A stretch of DNA of 64,000 nucleotides, taken from positions 310,001 through 374,000 of the forward strand of contig NC_027220.1 in the NCBI RefSeq assembly GCF_000981445.1, read 5' to 3'. Below the pieces are notes generated by a model. The model was given only the letters and a program-made list of their open reading frames with translations. It was not told the DNA's origin and searched no databases. This document shows, piece by piece, positions 24,226-35,714 of this stretch (position 1 is the first letter of the stretch; every line of letters starts with the position of its first letter). This DNA is from Babesia bigemina (Eukaryota). The position numbers and the translations under genes are program-made.

Positions 24226-25090
24226 GTGGCGAAGTCATGCTACGTGCCGCACTTTGCGCGACAATCGCCTTACAGCTGGTTGAGCTACCACTGCCTTGAT
24301 GACGTAAAATGTGGAATGTGGTATTTCGCCCTTTAATAACGGAAGCGGTGGTCCTGCGGCATCACATCAAGGCGAGCACCTTAAGCATGCCATCCGCATT
24401 TCTAACGGAAAACTGCCCAATGAGTACCGCTATTTCTAATAATGTGATGTGTATAAATATATATATCTGTAACCGGTTCACTAATGACCACGCCGTGTTA
24501 GCGCTGCGCCCTCGGCGATTTAGCGACCATATGAAATATAGAAGTTACACATGCGGCGTTGTTGACACTGCATTCCGGTGTATGCATCGACATGATATCG
24601 CCATTGATGCCGGCAGGAAGACGACGGCGAAAATGTGTAAAGTGCTTCTGCTCTTATTCGGCTGACCCGGGCCTCCAGCGGGTCCACTGACTCCATCAAC
24701 ACAAACGTCACACGCCACAACATGTTATTATGCATGTGTATTGTAATTCATTCAGACATTGAGCGACCGGTGAACTCATGTGTATAGACACATACAACGA
24801 CGCAGCAATATGGTAAGTAAAAGTAACCTCCGATTCCCATGCAATTCTAATGTGTATACATATGCCACTACTACCTAACAAATTCTATTGTTGTCCACAA
24901 CATTTGTGCACATTGTCGGCGTAGACAGGGACGTGCACGGCAAGACGCGCTTATGCCCCATGATACGTTCTGTAATGTGTCCCGCTAGCTCAATCGTCGC
25001 CTGAGGTCTCAATAAACCATTTCTTACTAATTTGTGTACTAAAATAGAGCAGAATAATTGTATCATTCACGACTCCATTGTACGATCAGA

Positions 25091-26636
25091 ATGGCGTCGC
25101 TGTCCGACAGCGAAACACAGACCGCGAAGAAATGCCGCTTTGAGATAGTTGACCCCGCTGTGATGCCTGCACCACACATTAACCCTGTCCTGCGTTTGGC
25201 CATTTACATATACTATATTCTTAGTTCTGGTTGCATTTACTGGGGATGGAATGGCATCCAAGAAATTCTCTACAAGGCTGGTGCCTTTGCGGAGTTATGC
25301 AAGGCTGGTGAGGGAGCAACCACAAAGATTATCTACGATGTGTCATACACTGGTATGTGGGTGTACTCCTTCTTTTGACTATTTTTAGACTGCCCAGCCA
25401 GGGAAGGTGGCATCAACAACCTGTACACGCTGGCTTATTCCACCCACTTCATCTGCTCTTTTGTTAGTGGATGGTTGTTGGATCGTTTCGGTCCTCGTGT
25501 TTGCTTCATGACCGGCCACTTCATTTCAGGGTCGGCATGGCTTCTCATTTTCTGCTTTCCGACCAACGGCCGTTTGCTGCAGTTCGCCTTCGTTCTTGTA
25601 GGACTGGCCTGTGAAGCCTGCTACATCCCCATGTTGTCAGTGAGCAAGTATTTCCCGACTGCATCTTCCACTGTGATTGCAATCATGGGAGCGTGTCGTT
25701 CCCTTTCATTTTTCGTACCTACCCTACTAGCTTTGATATACCACAAAAGTGGCGTAGGAAGTGAAATGCTTTTCGCTGTAGGTATAGGTTACCTCCTCGT
25801 TGCGAATGTCTTATGTTTCGTTTCCGGGTTTTTCATACTTCCCAAAGTTATCCCTATTGCCCCATCTGAAAAGGATGCACGGACCGAAATGGAGTCCACT
25901 CCTGCGTGCGAAGTTGTCACGGATTCTGCAGTTGCAGAATCCGAGGACAAGAAAAGTTTGACCATCATCGACAGTATCAAGAATGGCTTCAAGAGTCCAT
26001 TACTGTTGGAGTTCCTCGTTCTTGGTCTTTCTGTTGCCCTTTTCATGCCGTCCATTGAGTTTGTCAACAAATCTCAAGGTAATCTATTGGTGGCATCCAA
26101 CGGCGGCGATGCTACCGGGGTCTTCAAATACTTTAATATCGCCACATTCGTGCCTGGACCCTTCTTGGGCGCCGTAATGGACAAAGTCGGCCCGGCTATT
26201 GTGATGAATTTATTGCACAACTGCGCTATACTCTATTACGCCTGCGCTGCGTTCGACATTTACGCCATGAAGATTGCGGCGTGCTGCTGCTATTTGATTG
26301 CGGGTTCTCTGTGCATATCTACGGCGTACTGTTACGTTAACACCCGATTCCCGTCGCAATACTTCGGTACATTGGTGACCATAATTTTCGGCGTCGCTGG
26401 TCTGTTTTCACTACTAAACATTCCCATCTACAACTGGGGGTTGACTCTGAAGGCGGATATACCTCAGCAAAGATTCCGCCCCCTGGCGTTTTTGTTTATG
26501 GTAGGTTACCTTAGTTATAGTTACATAAGGTTCGCAGGGATACATGGGACTTGCAAGCGTGATGAGTGCGATATTAATATACATTTCTGTCATCCGTCCG
26601 AAAAGGATGGCCGCATTGTCTATGGCTGCGGAGTAG
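25091..26636 (+). CDS. MFS transporter, apicomplexan amino-acid transporter (ApiAT/SLC43-like) family
   Basis: SGCIYWGWNGIQEILYKAGAFAELC...DC, MFS motifs GWLLDRFGPR and GAVMDKVG, RFPSQYFGTL, and about 12 hydrophobic segments. Introns at 25353-25388 and 26501-26537. Confidence 0.88.
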
Positions 26637-26697
26637 ACATGAAACACTTTTTTGGAACACGCCATTACGGACTCAGTTGCCATTTTAAATTACACGT

Positions 26698-27225
26698 CTA
26701 GTCCGTAAACGTTTGCGATGTTGCGGGTGTTATAAGTGCGTTGCTATCTCCGTGCATGACCACGTTGTGTAGTTTCCGCTCGCTGAGTGTGAGTCCCATG
26801 AGGAAGGTGTCGTCGCACGTTTCGCTGCGGCGCAGCAGGTACGCCCTGCGCTTGCACTCGGCCTCCTTTAGTACGTTGCGCAGGTTGTCAACGGGCCACT
26901 CGCTCTCGGGCAGCCTGCGCGAAGCTTATCGGTGGGGAGGTCGGTAACTCACAGGTCGCAGAGCTCGTATCCAAGTTGGAAGTACAGCGGGGAGAGGTTG
27001 CCCACTGCAGTGGCCGTGGCTTCGGCTAGCAGCGCTCCGGCGTCCTTGTAGTAGGCAGGGAAGCTGATTTTGCAGAGCCCAGCTCGGTAGAGATGCTTCG
27101 CGTAAAAGAAGCGTAATTCCAACTCATCAGCCGGCAGCAGCTGCAAGTGACGAAACCACAGTAGAACAACGTACCTCGTCGTCGGCTCGCGATTCTTCCT
27201 GTGCCTTGGGACATAAGAAGGACAT
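26698..27225 (-). CDS. PSF3: GINS complex subunit Psf3-like; 5' exon structure unresolved (may extend to an ATG at about 27427)
   Basis: Spliced reading MSFLCP...[27 protein letters not shown]...[25 protein letters not shown]...[12 protein letters not shown] follows the Psf3 pattern (LELPxWLA, LxADxxxVxL, xPYFYxxG, LDxxERxL). Confidence 0.75.
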
Positions 27226-27469
27226 TCATTTTAGCCCGGCAGTGATACACTTGCCTATAGGCAGCAGTAAGTTTTAAAATGACTCGGACAGCACATTTCA
27301 CACAGCAAATCAACACATGCCATCAGAGATAGTCGCCACGGATGAGTAGAGGATAACGATGCCCATCGTAGATATCGGGACGCATATCCATGGTAACCTG
27401 GCGCAGATATTCAAATGGATCAGACATTTTTATTTGATGGACCATCTCAGAGAGTAGCTGTTCAACAGA

Positions 27470-27523
27470 GTGTCGCGGTTAAAGGATCATCGCTACGTGA
27501 TTACGTGGGAGGGTGTTGTGAAG
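27470..27523 (+). mobile_element. Second, very short remnant of the same retroelement motif
   Basis: 27494-27523 encodes YVITWEGVVK, preceded by a frameshifted RII. 23 of 28 nt are identical to 23011-23038, with four of the five mismatches at third codon positions. Confidence 0.55.
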
Positions 27524-28419
27524 CTAGAGCATTTGGCTAGACAAGACGTGGACAGAGTCATCTTTGTAATTCGGTATATGTTGCCCAAATAAGGGTACGA
27601 GTTTGCATACGACTGCTACGTAGGTTAGCATAAGGAATCCGTCCAGAACGGCCCTACCAAACGTCGGTGGCCAGGCCACTTCTCGTGCACAGCCTTTGCC
27701 CGCGAAGTGCGGGGCGCAAGCTGGGCAAGCACGAAATACAATATGGTACGCAACCATACAAATACAACGACGTAAACAGATAGAAGCGGAGTGGCATAGA
27801 CGACGATCCTACCTGGTATATATAGACCCTGTCCAGAATGTATAGGCAAAAATGTATTTAATGAGCCATTAAATCATTGTCTTATGTGCAAATCTATAAC
27901 CACTTGCGTGTTTACGCTATTTAATTCTCATAATACTGAATCGTCGAATTGAGGTTGGCGTTGTCTCCGTACCGGTGCCGCAACCTCACTAACAATAAGA
28001 CCAGCAAAATCTGCGCTCCATACCACTAGATGACACACGTGAATTTGGGATTTTTTAAATATTGAGACGTACACATCGTGTACTTCCACCGTTGCCATTA
28101 GGCTCTGGCAGACGACATCAACGCGCTGCGCCATCTGTACCCGTATATATCAATGGCCGCGAATATAGCGTACTTCCATTAACGAGAGAAAGGGAATGCA
28201 CTGCAGCTCAAGATTTATAATATCGCTAAGACATACTACGCACAAAGCTGCTCGAGAACCGTGCCAAGGAGTCTACCTGTGTACGGATGTGTCCTGCCCC
28301 GCTGTTGCTACATTGACTTCCGTTCATGTCGCTTGAGATAGGCATTTGGCTTGAGAGCGCCACGGCACGTTGCCACTGCTTCTCGCATAAGCGGTGAAAA
28401 CGAACCAAGAGCTACCACG

Positions 28420-29936
28420 ATGTCAAGCAGTGACGGTGCGGGCGAGGCGTTCAGGCGCCGTGCTGGAGCGGACGGGAGTACGAAGGAGCCCGCAAGCAGC
28501 GACCAAGTGTATCATTGCGATTACGAAGCTTTACGCGTGAAGACACAGCCAAGCTTTTTCAGGAGATGGAACAACGTCTTCGCCGGCTTCCTTTGGTCGT
28601 TGCTTCACTTCTACCTGACGTACAACTTGATACTGCAGCTGGCAGCAACGGATAGCAAATTAGCTTTCTTGAGGCAGCGCCTGTTCCTGATGGCTGATTT
28701 GGCTCTTTTTTGGGGCTTGTTGGCGTCTGCGGTGTACGGGGTCTTTCTCTTCGACAACTGCGTCCGATTCCACGTTGCAAACTTCGACGCATTCCCCAAG
28801 ATGTACAGCGACCATGCCCTACAGGCGGCGTTAATGCACGGTGACCTCAAGAACCACAGATTTGCCAAGCAGCTCTATGGCGCCATATTCTTGGCTCCCA
28901 TGCGGTTGTTGGCCTGCATCCTCTTCTTTGCCATCAGCATCTTACTGATCGGTGAGTTATCATGCTGTCTGCCTTAATCTTTGCAGGGCTTCCTCTCACG
29001 ATTTTCGGAGGATGTTGCAAGTATATAACTAGGCAATACGTTGCTACCATGTTTTACTACGTCACGCTTTTCGGTTTCTGGGGAATAGGTACGCCCAGTC
29101 ACAGGCGCCGTTCATGTTGCTCAGGCATTTCCGAGGTCAAGACAGTATACGCAGACGGAGTTGTTCGAGACAAGCCTATAAACGTGATAAGCAACCACAT
29201 TGGCATTATGGTAGGTGCCGGCATGGTATTGTAATAGTACTTGCAGGATGTGCTCTACATGCTTCATAGCGGATCGTTTTCGTTCGTGTGTAAGAAGGCA
29301 TTGGAGCCAACGTTCATTATCGGGCAATTCATCCGCCTGCTTAACTGCATAACCGTAGATCGTGATTCCGCCCCCAACCGCAAGGATGCGTACCGGGCCA
29401 TCGTCGATCGCATGAAGTCCATTAACGAAGGACACGAGAGAGTATCCTTGGTGGTATACCCCGAAGGGACAACGTCCAGAGGAAATATTTTGCTGCCCTT
29501 CAAGCATGGCGCCTTCGGTGCGATGGTCCCACTGCAGCCGCTGCTTATGGTGCTAGAGTACAGCTACATTAACGCCTCATTCGACGCTTTCCCGTGGAAG
29601 TGGTGGGCGGTGCTCAGCTGCTGCTCGCCAGCGAGCTTGCGCCTCATCGCATACTGGCTACCAGCCATCCAACCGCCAGCCGCGGAGGATACTGCGTCGA
29701 AGGGAGAACACGAGCGCGTCCGAGAGTACACCGCAATTTCCAACCATGTCATGCGTGAGGCTATCATCAAATTGAATCCAAATGTAGATATGGGGCACTT
29801 GCAGAAGCCTCACGTTGTTGTCCTGCCTGCTTGGCGCAACAAACTTTTGGCTCGTTTGTACGGGCCGGCAATGCAGCGTTACTACAAGATATCTGACGAA
29901 GAGATGCGCAAAACCGAAGAAGTGGTTTTCCACTAA
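28420..29936 (+). CDS. PlsC-family lysophospholipid/glycerol acyltransferase (LPCAT/AGPAT-like), 4 exons
   Basis: Catalytic NHIGIM|D motif spans intron 29211-29246; also FVCK, VDR, YPEGTTS and FKHGAF motifs, with N-terminal TM helices. Confidence 0.92.
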
Positions 29937-29944
29937 TTCGTCAA

Positions 29945-30798
29945 TCACCGCGCGTGGCAGTTCGCAACTGGATTTGCCGTAAGTTCTTGGAATCGCTCGG
30001 ATAGCCATACGATGTCCGCCTGCAGCTTGCACAACTCTTGCGCTGCAAAATTTTGAAGACCTGTTGTGGTTGCAACCAACACCTACAGTGCAAAGTGCGC
30101 AGAACCCTGGCGGCCTTGGTCACAACGGCGTTGTCGGAACGAATCCCACACGGTACATCGGCAAGGTTCATGTGGACGGTGTTTAATTTAGTAGCATTTT
30201 CATTTCCCTCGTCAAATGCGTTGGCGTGCAGCTGTAGAAGCAGTAGAACGGCGGAACGAACTTCCTGCACGGGTGCGTCTGGTTGCAGCGCCGGTATGCC
30301 GAGTAGCTCCAAGAGGTTGTTGACCTTGTCTTGTAGAGCGGGGAGACAGTCATTACCGCTATCCTCGCAGCTCCGAGTTGCTGGAACATGCAGTTGCGCG
30401 TCTGCAAATTATGAGGGATACGCGTTGCTGGCTCACCTGAGACTAGGTCGGTGTACTCCTCTTCCAGTGCTGCCAACGTTAGTCCGTCCAGCACTGAAGT
30501 GATGCCTTCCTCGGTTAATTTGCCATCCACGAGCATGGAATCGTCTATTTCAACGCCGACGTCATCGCAGTACTGCGTTAAGATTAAGGGTGCTATGCCA
30601 ATATCCCACCTTAAGCAAGGCCTTTACGAACGCCTTAGAATCCGCATCTTTGAGTGCCCGCCTCTCCGATATCGCATAGTGGCGTATGTGCTCTTCTTCC
30701 AGCTTGAGTACCAGCGCCTGGAAGTGCGCGTTCAGCTCTTGTGGAGGTGTCACTCCCAGTGCACGCAGCCTGCGCCTAATCAGCCTCTCTCTACTCAT
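29945..30798 (-). CDS. RTRAF: RTRAF/hCLE/C14orf166 (RLL-motif) homolog, tRNA-ligase complex subunit, 4 exons
   Basis: Spliced reading IRRRLRALG...FQALVLKLEEEHIRHYAISERRAL, LDGLTLAALEEEY and C-terminal CGIRSDNAVVTKAARVLRTLH|SQELCKLQADI...QELTANP match the hCLE pattern (WLEDQKIRHY, AAQILRLLHIEELRELQ...ADP). Confidence 0.85.
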
Positions 30799-31607
30799 GG
30801 CGCGAGAGCTGGCGGTATATTGAAAGGAAGCCTCCCTTGTTGAATGGTCCGTACTTTTGCGTAGAAGGACGTTTATTTCATGGCGTTTTTGCACCGCGGC
30901 GTGGATTCTTCGTGTCCGGATTCAGCGAATCTCGAAGCGATCATAGCATGGACGACACAGTAAAGCAGTTAAATAATTGGACGCCTCCTCTTTTAAAATA
31001 CTTCGGCTTGAATTTGCCCAAAAAGTTCGTTACCGTGGCTACCGCAGTGCCACCTCCGACGTGCGCAATTTGCCTGGTTAAATGGTTACCTTCCACATAA
31101 TTGTGCGAAGTTATATGTTAGTAAACAGCTGCGTTGTAGTTGATTTGTATCAATCAATGGGTGACGGCTCCGTAAGAGCCAATTAGCGTGTTTGTACTGC
31201 GCCTCCTCTTGACAACACACCGCTTAGGGAAATATGCGTCTGAATGACTACTACGGATTGAATAAGCACCGATCCAGTCATCAATGTTGCATTAAAAAGT
31301 TTTGAAATTATAATCTGTGTCTATTAGGCAGCTGATTGCGTTGGCAATGGTCGCAAGACGGTTTGGTAATGTCGTACCAAAGCAGTATGCAAACGGCCAG
31401 TTTTCCACCGGTATTATCCCGCAATTGCACTGCGAATATCCAGCATTACATGAGTGAAGTTGCGAAGTGCATATGCATGGTTCAAATGAAAACATTTGGT
31501 CCAACCTATCGGTGAAGGATATTGTGGAAGACCGTAATGTGTACCCGTCATTAGACACGTCATATGAAAACAATCGCGACCTTCATGGTTATATATGTGA
31601 CAATCAC

Positions 31608-34541
31608 ATGTCACTTCACTTAGTAGCAATAGTTGCAGCTTATTTGTTGTTGATTGGCGCGACGTTTCAAGGCTGTGGTTGCAGGAGGTGCTCGGTGTTT
31701 GATCGCGGCTCTAAGCGATTCGGGCTGCAACGCAAAAGGGCACATCACGCCGCGTTTTTGTCGCGACATAATCCGTGGAACGTAGATGTGTATGGAATCT
31801 CAGTGCAAAAAGCCTTACATGCCGTCCAGGAGGATGGAAGCAATAGCACGTCTTCGGAGCTACTGATCACTGGTGTCTGGAATACACTGGCAAAAATAGA
31901 CAGTGCCGCATCATCTTTGGAGGTAAAGAGCGTATCAAGGTTTGAGTATAATAGAGAGGCTATCCTGGACACGTATGAAGCTGCTAGAGACGCTGACTCT
32001 GCTTTGACCGGGAATTCCTTTGAAGGGATCAATCAGCAGTTGTTCACACGATTTGATGGAGATGATGGTGTCGAACGATCTGTAGTTGCCAAACAGGTGA
32101 TAAGCCCCGGAGTTGAAATAGTGAAGGTGCCACAAAGTTTTGTTTTGTCCCTAGCGGACATTAGGACTGATTTGCTATCAAATCACCGCCTTCTCCAACA
32201 ACAACCACCGACAGACAACTTATCGCATGCATTTTTGGCGCATATAGAGAACCTGAAGAGGTTGAACTTGGGGCAGTTTATGAGGGAGCCTTCCATAGCC
32301 TGCTCAAGCGGTGACGAAACCACACACGATGAAAACGCCATTGGCACACACCATGATGAAAAACGTCACTCATGCGGATCGTTCGATACTCCCGCACAAG
32401 CTGGATGCAATAGCGGCGTCGAAACCACTTGTAATGTTGGCGTAGGGGTTCACCAAAATGGCAACATCGCAAGTGGGCATTACGGTGGCGAATTCGAGGG
32501 GAGGCTCTCAGCTCTCATTGCATCAAAAAAATTATGCATGCTGAAGACGCTTTTAGTTGCCGACAGCGTGCTATCTACCGGCGACGCGATTACTGTCGCC
32601 TTGGAAAACAAGGCTTATGAATTGGTGTACCTCAACCGCAATGAGCGTGAGCTACTGCTCCTCTCCCTTGGTCTGGCTGGCATATATCAGAGGGCAATAT
32701 TCTCGTTTGTTATGCGAATGATCCACGATCCTGTCGCGATTCCTACCTTGCCCGATGCCGAAGTTGTAAGGCTAAGCTGGGTTCACCACCTGCTAACGAA
32801 GGACATGGGACACTTACCCCTGTTGATGCCGGTGTCCGCGTCTAACCAGATACAAGAGCCGATTGTCAGTCATCGTTTGCGTCAACGCCTTATAGCTGTG
32901 AATGACGTAATGACCGCAGCCTTGGACCCGCTATCTGTTGTTCAGGATCGCATCGATAAGCTCTCACAGGCGCACTACAAAGTTGAAGACACGACACCTT
33001 TGCAATCTGGTTGCGGGCCACTGATAGTGGATCGGAAGATAAAAGCAGAGGTTGCAATGGAAGAGATAGAAAGCGAGCTTTTAGCGTTCGCAGACGGTAA
33101 AGGCTCGACCTATAGCACTGGGCCGTTTGAATGGAACATCGATGATGTGCGCTCCGTCCTGACAGTTGATGAAAGATCATCATTCGAATCGACTGAAGGG
33201 TCGGATTGTGTTGATATTTTGCTGGCCTTTGAAAGTTACCTAACGGGTAAATTGCAACCACAGCTGTACAAGCATGTGAGCCCCGGTGCATGGATACGAG
33301 CCATAAACGACGTAATAACGCGTCGTACGTTCACAAACCTCTTCGCTTCTATTGTTGCGCACAATATCAGGACTATTGGGGATGTTGGACATGACGCATG
33401 TGACAACTACACGCAACGCAGCTTCCTTCACAACAGGGCGCCAGGTATAATGGCCAAATTGGCTACCGATTCTTCTTCTAACAGCAGTTCTGTGGGTGTT
33501 GAAACAGGCGAGGCGTACATCGTTCCTTTCTTGGATCTCGTAAACCACGACTCTGCTGACCCGAATTGCGCCATAGAAATGGATTCGGGTGGGGGAGGTG
33601 GCTTCGTCCTAAAATCTCTCCGCTCCATCCAACCCGGAGAGGAATTAAAGGTGAATTACGGCAATTTGGACAACAATGTCTTCCTCCTGGATTACGGCAT
33701 GCTCCTTCCTTTACAGCAGGACCAAGGGGTACTTATGGAAGTTGAACCACAATTAATCACTCGTGCTGCTGAGTCTACAGGCATGAGCGAACTGCTTCCT
33801 CGGACGTTTCCTGCCGGCCTGCCGCTGGAAAAACGCGATCTGTTGCTTAGGGTGAACCTGTTTGAGATCCCTAGTGACAAAGGATTCCTGAGTCTCTACA
33901 ACGAACCCTACTTCGATGGAATGCCGGTGGAAATGTACAACGAGTTCGCCTCTAAGTTCTTGGCACGGCAAAACTCACAACATCCATCTTTTGATGATGA
34001 TATAGACATGGAATCAATTCGGCAGGAGAAAAGTCAATACCACCCTGTTACCGGCGAAATATTTAACCACGGAGAGGTAACTGGCCGTAAGGAACCCATG
34101 AAACTGGTCAAGATAAGTGCTGGTGGCGTGCCCGATGAACGCCTCGTATGTGCGCTGAAGATATGCTTCTGTAGGACCAAGAAGCGTTTACAGTGGCTGG
34201 AACAGCAAGACACGAAGTACCTTGCAACTAGTGTGAATTCTCCTCTAGATGTCGACATTTTCAAAGCTGCATCGCTGGTATGCTGCGAATACATCAAAAG
34301 CAGATACAGGGAAACGATTATAGATGACCTGCGCAAGGTATCACACAAGGACCTGTTTGCAGCCAATGGTGTCACTGGTGGTTCGGCAGCCCCGTTGCAG
34401 AAATTGCGCGAATGCAACACGGTAGATATACCGAATGCCGTGCTGATATGTCACGCATTGCGAGCAAAAATGCCCCTCTACAGATGCGCCAGTTACTTAG
34501 AATCAATAGGCAGGGATTTCAAAAGTAATGTTGTGCATTAA
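31608..34541 (+). CDS. SET-domain (Rubisco-LSMT/SETD3-like) protein lysine methyltransferase with signal plus basic leader
   Basis: SET motifs VAKQVISPGVEIVKVP, IVPFLDLVNHDS and IQPGEELKVNYGNLDNNVFLLDYG. ATG 31608 begins a hydrophobic signal followed by an R/K-rich segment. Confidence 0.85.
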   Translation: MSLHLVAIVAAYLLLIGATFQGCGCRRCSVFDRGSKRFGLQRKRAHHAAFLSRHNPWNVDVYGISVQKALHAVQEDGSNSTSSELLITGVWNTLAKIDSAASSLEVKSVSRFEYNREAILDTYEAARDADSALTGNSFEGINQQLFTRFDGDDGVERSVVAKQVISPGVEIVKVPQSFVLSLADIRTDLLSNHRLLQQQPPTDNLSHAFLAHIENLKRLNLGQFMREPSIACSSGDETTHDENAIGTHHDEKRHSCGSFDTPAQAGCNSGVETTCNVGVGVHQNGNIASGHYGGEFEGRLSALIASKKLCMLKTLLVADSVLSTGDAITVALENKAYELVYLNRNERELLLLSLGLAGIYQRAIFSFVMRMIHDPVAIPTLPDAEVVRLSWVHHLLTKDMGHLPLLMPVSASNQIQEPIVSHRLRQRLIAVNDVMTAALDPLSVVQDRIDKLSQAHYKVEDTTPLQSGCGPLIVDRKIKAEVAMEEIESELLAFADGKGSTYSTGPFEWNIDDVRSVLTVDERSSFESTEGSDCVDILLAFESYLTGKLQPQLYKHVSPGAWIRAINDVITRRTFTNLFASIVAHNIRTIGDVGHDACDNYTQRSFLHNRAPGIMAKLATDSSSNSSSVGVETGEAYIVPFLDLVNHDSADPNCAIEMDSGGGGGFVLKSLRSIQPGEELKVNYGNLDNNVFLLDYGMLLPLQQDQGVLMEVEPQLITRAAESTGMSELLPRTFPAGLPLEKRDLLLRVNLFEIPSDKGFLSLYNEPYFDGMPVEMYNEFASKFLARQNSQHPSFDDDIDMESIRQEKSQYHPVTGEIFNHGEVTGRKEPMKLVKISAGGVPDERLVCALKICFCRTKKRLQWLEQQDTKYLATSVNSPLDVDIFKAASLVCCEYIKSRYRETIIDDLRKVSHKDLFAANGVTGGSAAPLQKLRECNTVDIPNAVLICHALRAKMPLYRCASYLESIGRDFKSNVVH

Positions 34542-34547
34542 ATTTTG

Positions 34548-35714
34548 TTATTCTAGTTTGTATAGGAATTGAAACCTGCTTCTGAGGAATCCAACAAAGT
34601 GCCGCCGATCCACATTTTTAATCGGCAACGGCTCGATGAAAAACAATCTTGGTAACCAGTCATTCGGTGTCGATAGCCTGGTCAAGTTCACGTGAAGCGC
34701 ATTAAGCGTGAGAGATAAACAAAAGGTGTACGATTTCAAGGTTTTGAGACGAAGGCTTTGACATTTTGCCTTATCATCCCAGCTGAATTGGTCTGGCGCG
34801 TCAAATGGGTGCATGGTGGGATGACTTTTGATCTCTGCTGCCTTGCTTGATTCTCCCTGCTCTCCGTCATCGCTGTTGTGCGCTTCTTCTGCATTTGCCG
34901 CCGCATTATGGCGGATCAAGTTCATATGGGATAGTCCCGCTACAATCGTGACGCCGATGTCAGGCGGATGGTTACATAGCTCATTCGCTGCCTGAATATA
35001 GTTCCACTTCATTTCTAGCCCGGGTTCAACAAATGGGTTAAACGCACTCGATCTCTTCCCTGAGGTAGATTCCAATGGTATTTCGTCGACAAAACGGACG
35101 AGGAGCCTTTCCAGGCATTTTTCACGGTTGCGCTCCATCGCGAGGATTCTCTGCATGGAGCGGTATACCGTGTCATCGCCCGCTAAACCCGTGGAGGTTT
35201 GTTTGTTCGTATCGCTGCTGGCCTGTGTAGATTCCGAATTTTGCTGGGTATTGCAAGAGCGCATGGTTGCGTTGGACAACTGGGAGCACAGCTGACCGTC
35301 GATCACGTCATTGAGAAAATCCCAATCTCCGTCTTGCTCTGCGGCTTTTAAATCCGATGAATCGACTCTAAATGCGTGGCCAAGCAACCTTGCCAACGAC
35401 GATTGCGGATCGCAACTCGATTCGTACAACTCATGCAGTGCGTTGCAAGGAGCGACGCAGCTGTCGAAATTGTCGGAAAGACTGCGGCCAAGAAGCGCAA
35501 CCGCTGCGTCCCAGCTAGTTCGCTTGCATATCAGCAGTCCATATTTGTCGCGTAGCTCCTCCAGACAGTTGAGCACCGTACCTAGCAACGACATCGCGTG
35601 AACCACCGCCAGGGACTCGTCCCCGGTGTAGACAAGGGCGCAGCTGCGCGAGGAAGGCGTGCCTTCCGGGACATTGGTACCGAGAACGCTTGCTTGGGCA
35701 ACATTCTCTCTCAT
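34548..35714 (-). CDS. Hypothetical protein, 388 aa
   Basis: Long ATG-initiated ORF filling the space between neighbouring genes; no confidently recognised motif. Confidence 0.7.
   Translation of the reverse strand: MRENVAQASVLGTNVPEGTPSSRSCALVYTGDESLAVVHAMSLLGTVLNCLEELRDKYGLLICKRTSWDAAVALLGRSLSDNFDSCVAPCNALHELYESSCDPQSSLARLLGHAFRVDSSDLKAAEQDGDWDFLNDVIDGQLCSQLSNATMRSCNTQQNSESTQASSDTNKQTSTGLAGDDTVYRSMQRILAMERNREKCLERLLVRFVDEIPLESTSGKRSSAFNPFVEPGLEMKWNYIQAANELCNHPPDIGVTIVAGLSHMNLIRHNAAANAEEAHNSDDGEQGESSKAAEIKSHPTMHPFDAPDQFSWDDKAKCQSLRLKTLKSYTFCLSLTLNALHVNLTRLSTPNDWLPRLFFIEPLPIKNVDRRHFVGFLRSRFQFLYKLE

Noticed and set aside
31467..31607. ORF-track N-terminal extensions (also 17835-17906, 28351-28419, 57963-58010)
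   Set aside because: They begin at GTG/TTG, which is not expected in this eukaryote. The chosen downstream ATGs give sensible starts, with signal peptides for the SET and 7TM genes, although an in-frame ATG at 31473 cannot be excluded for the SET gene.
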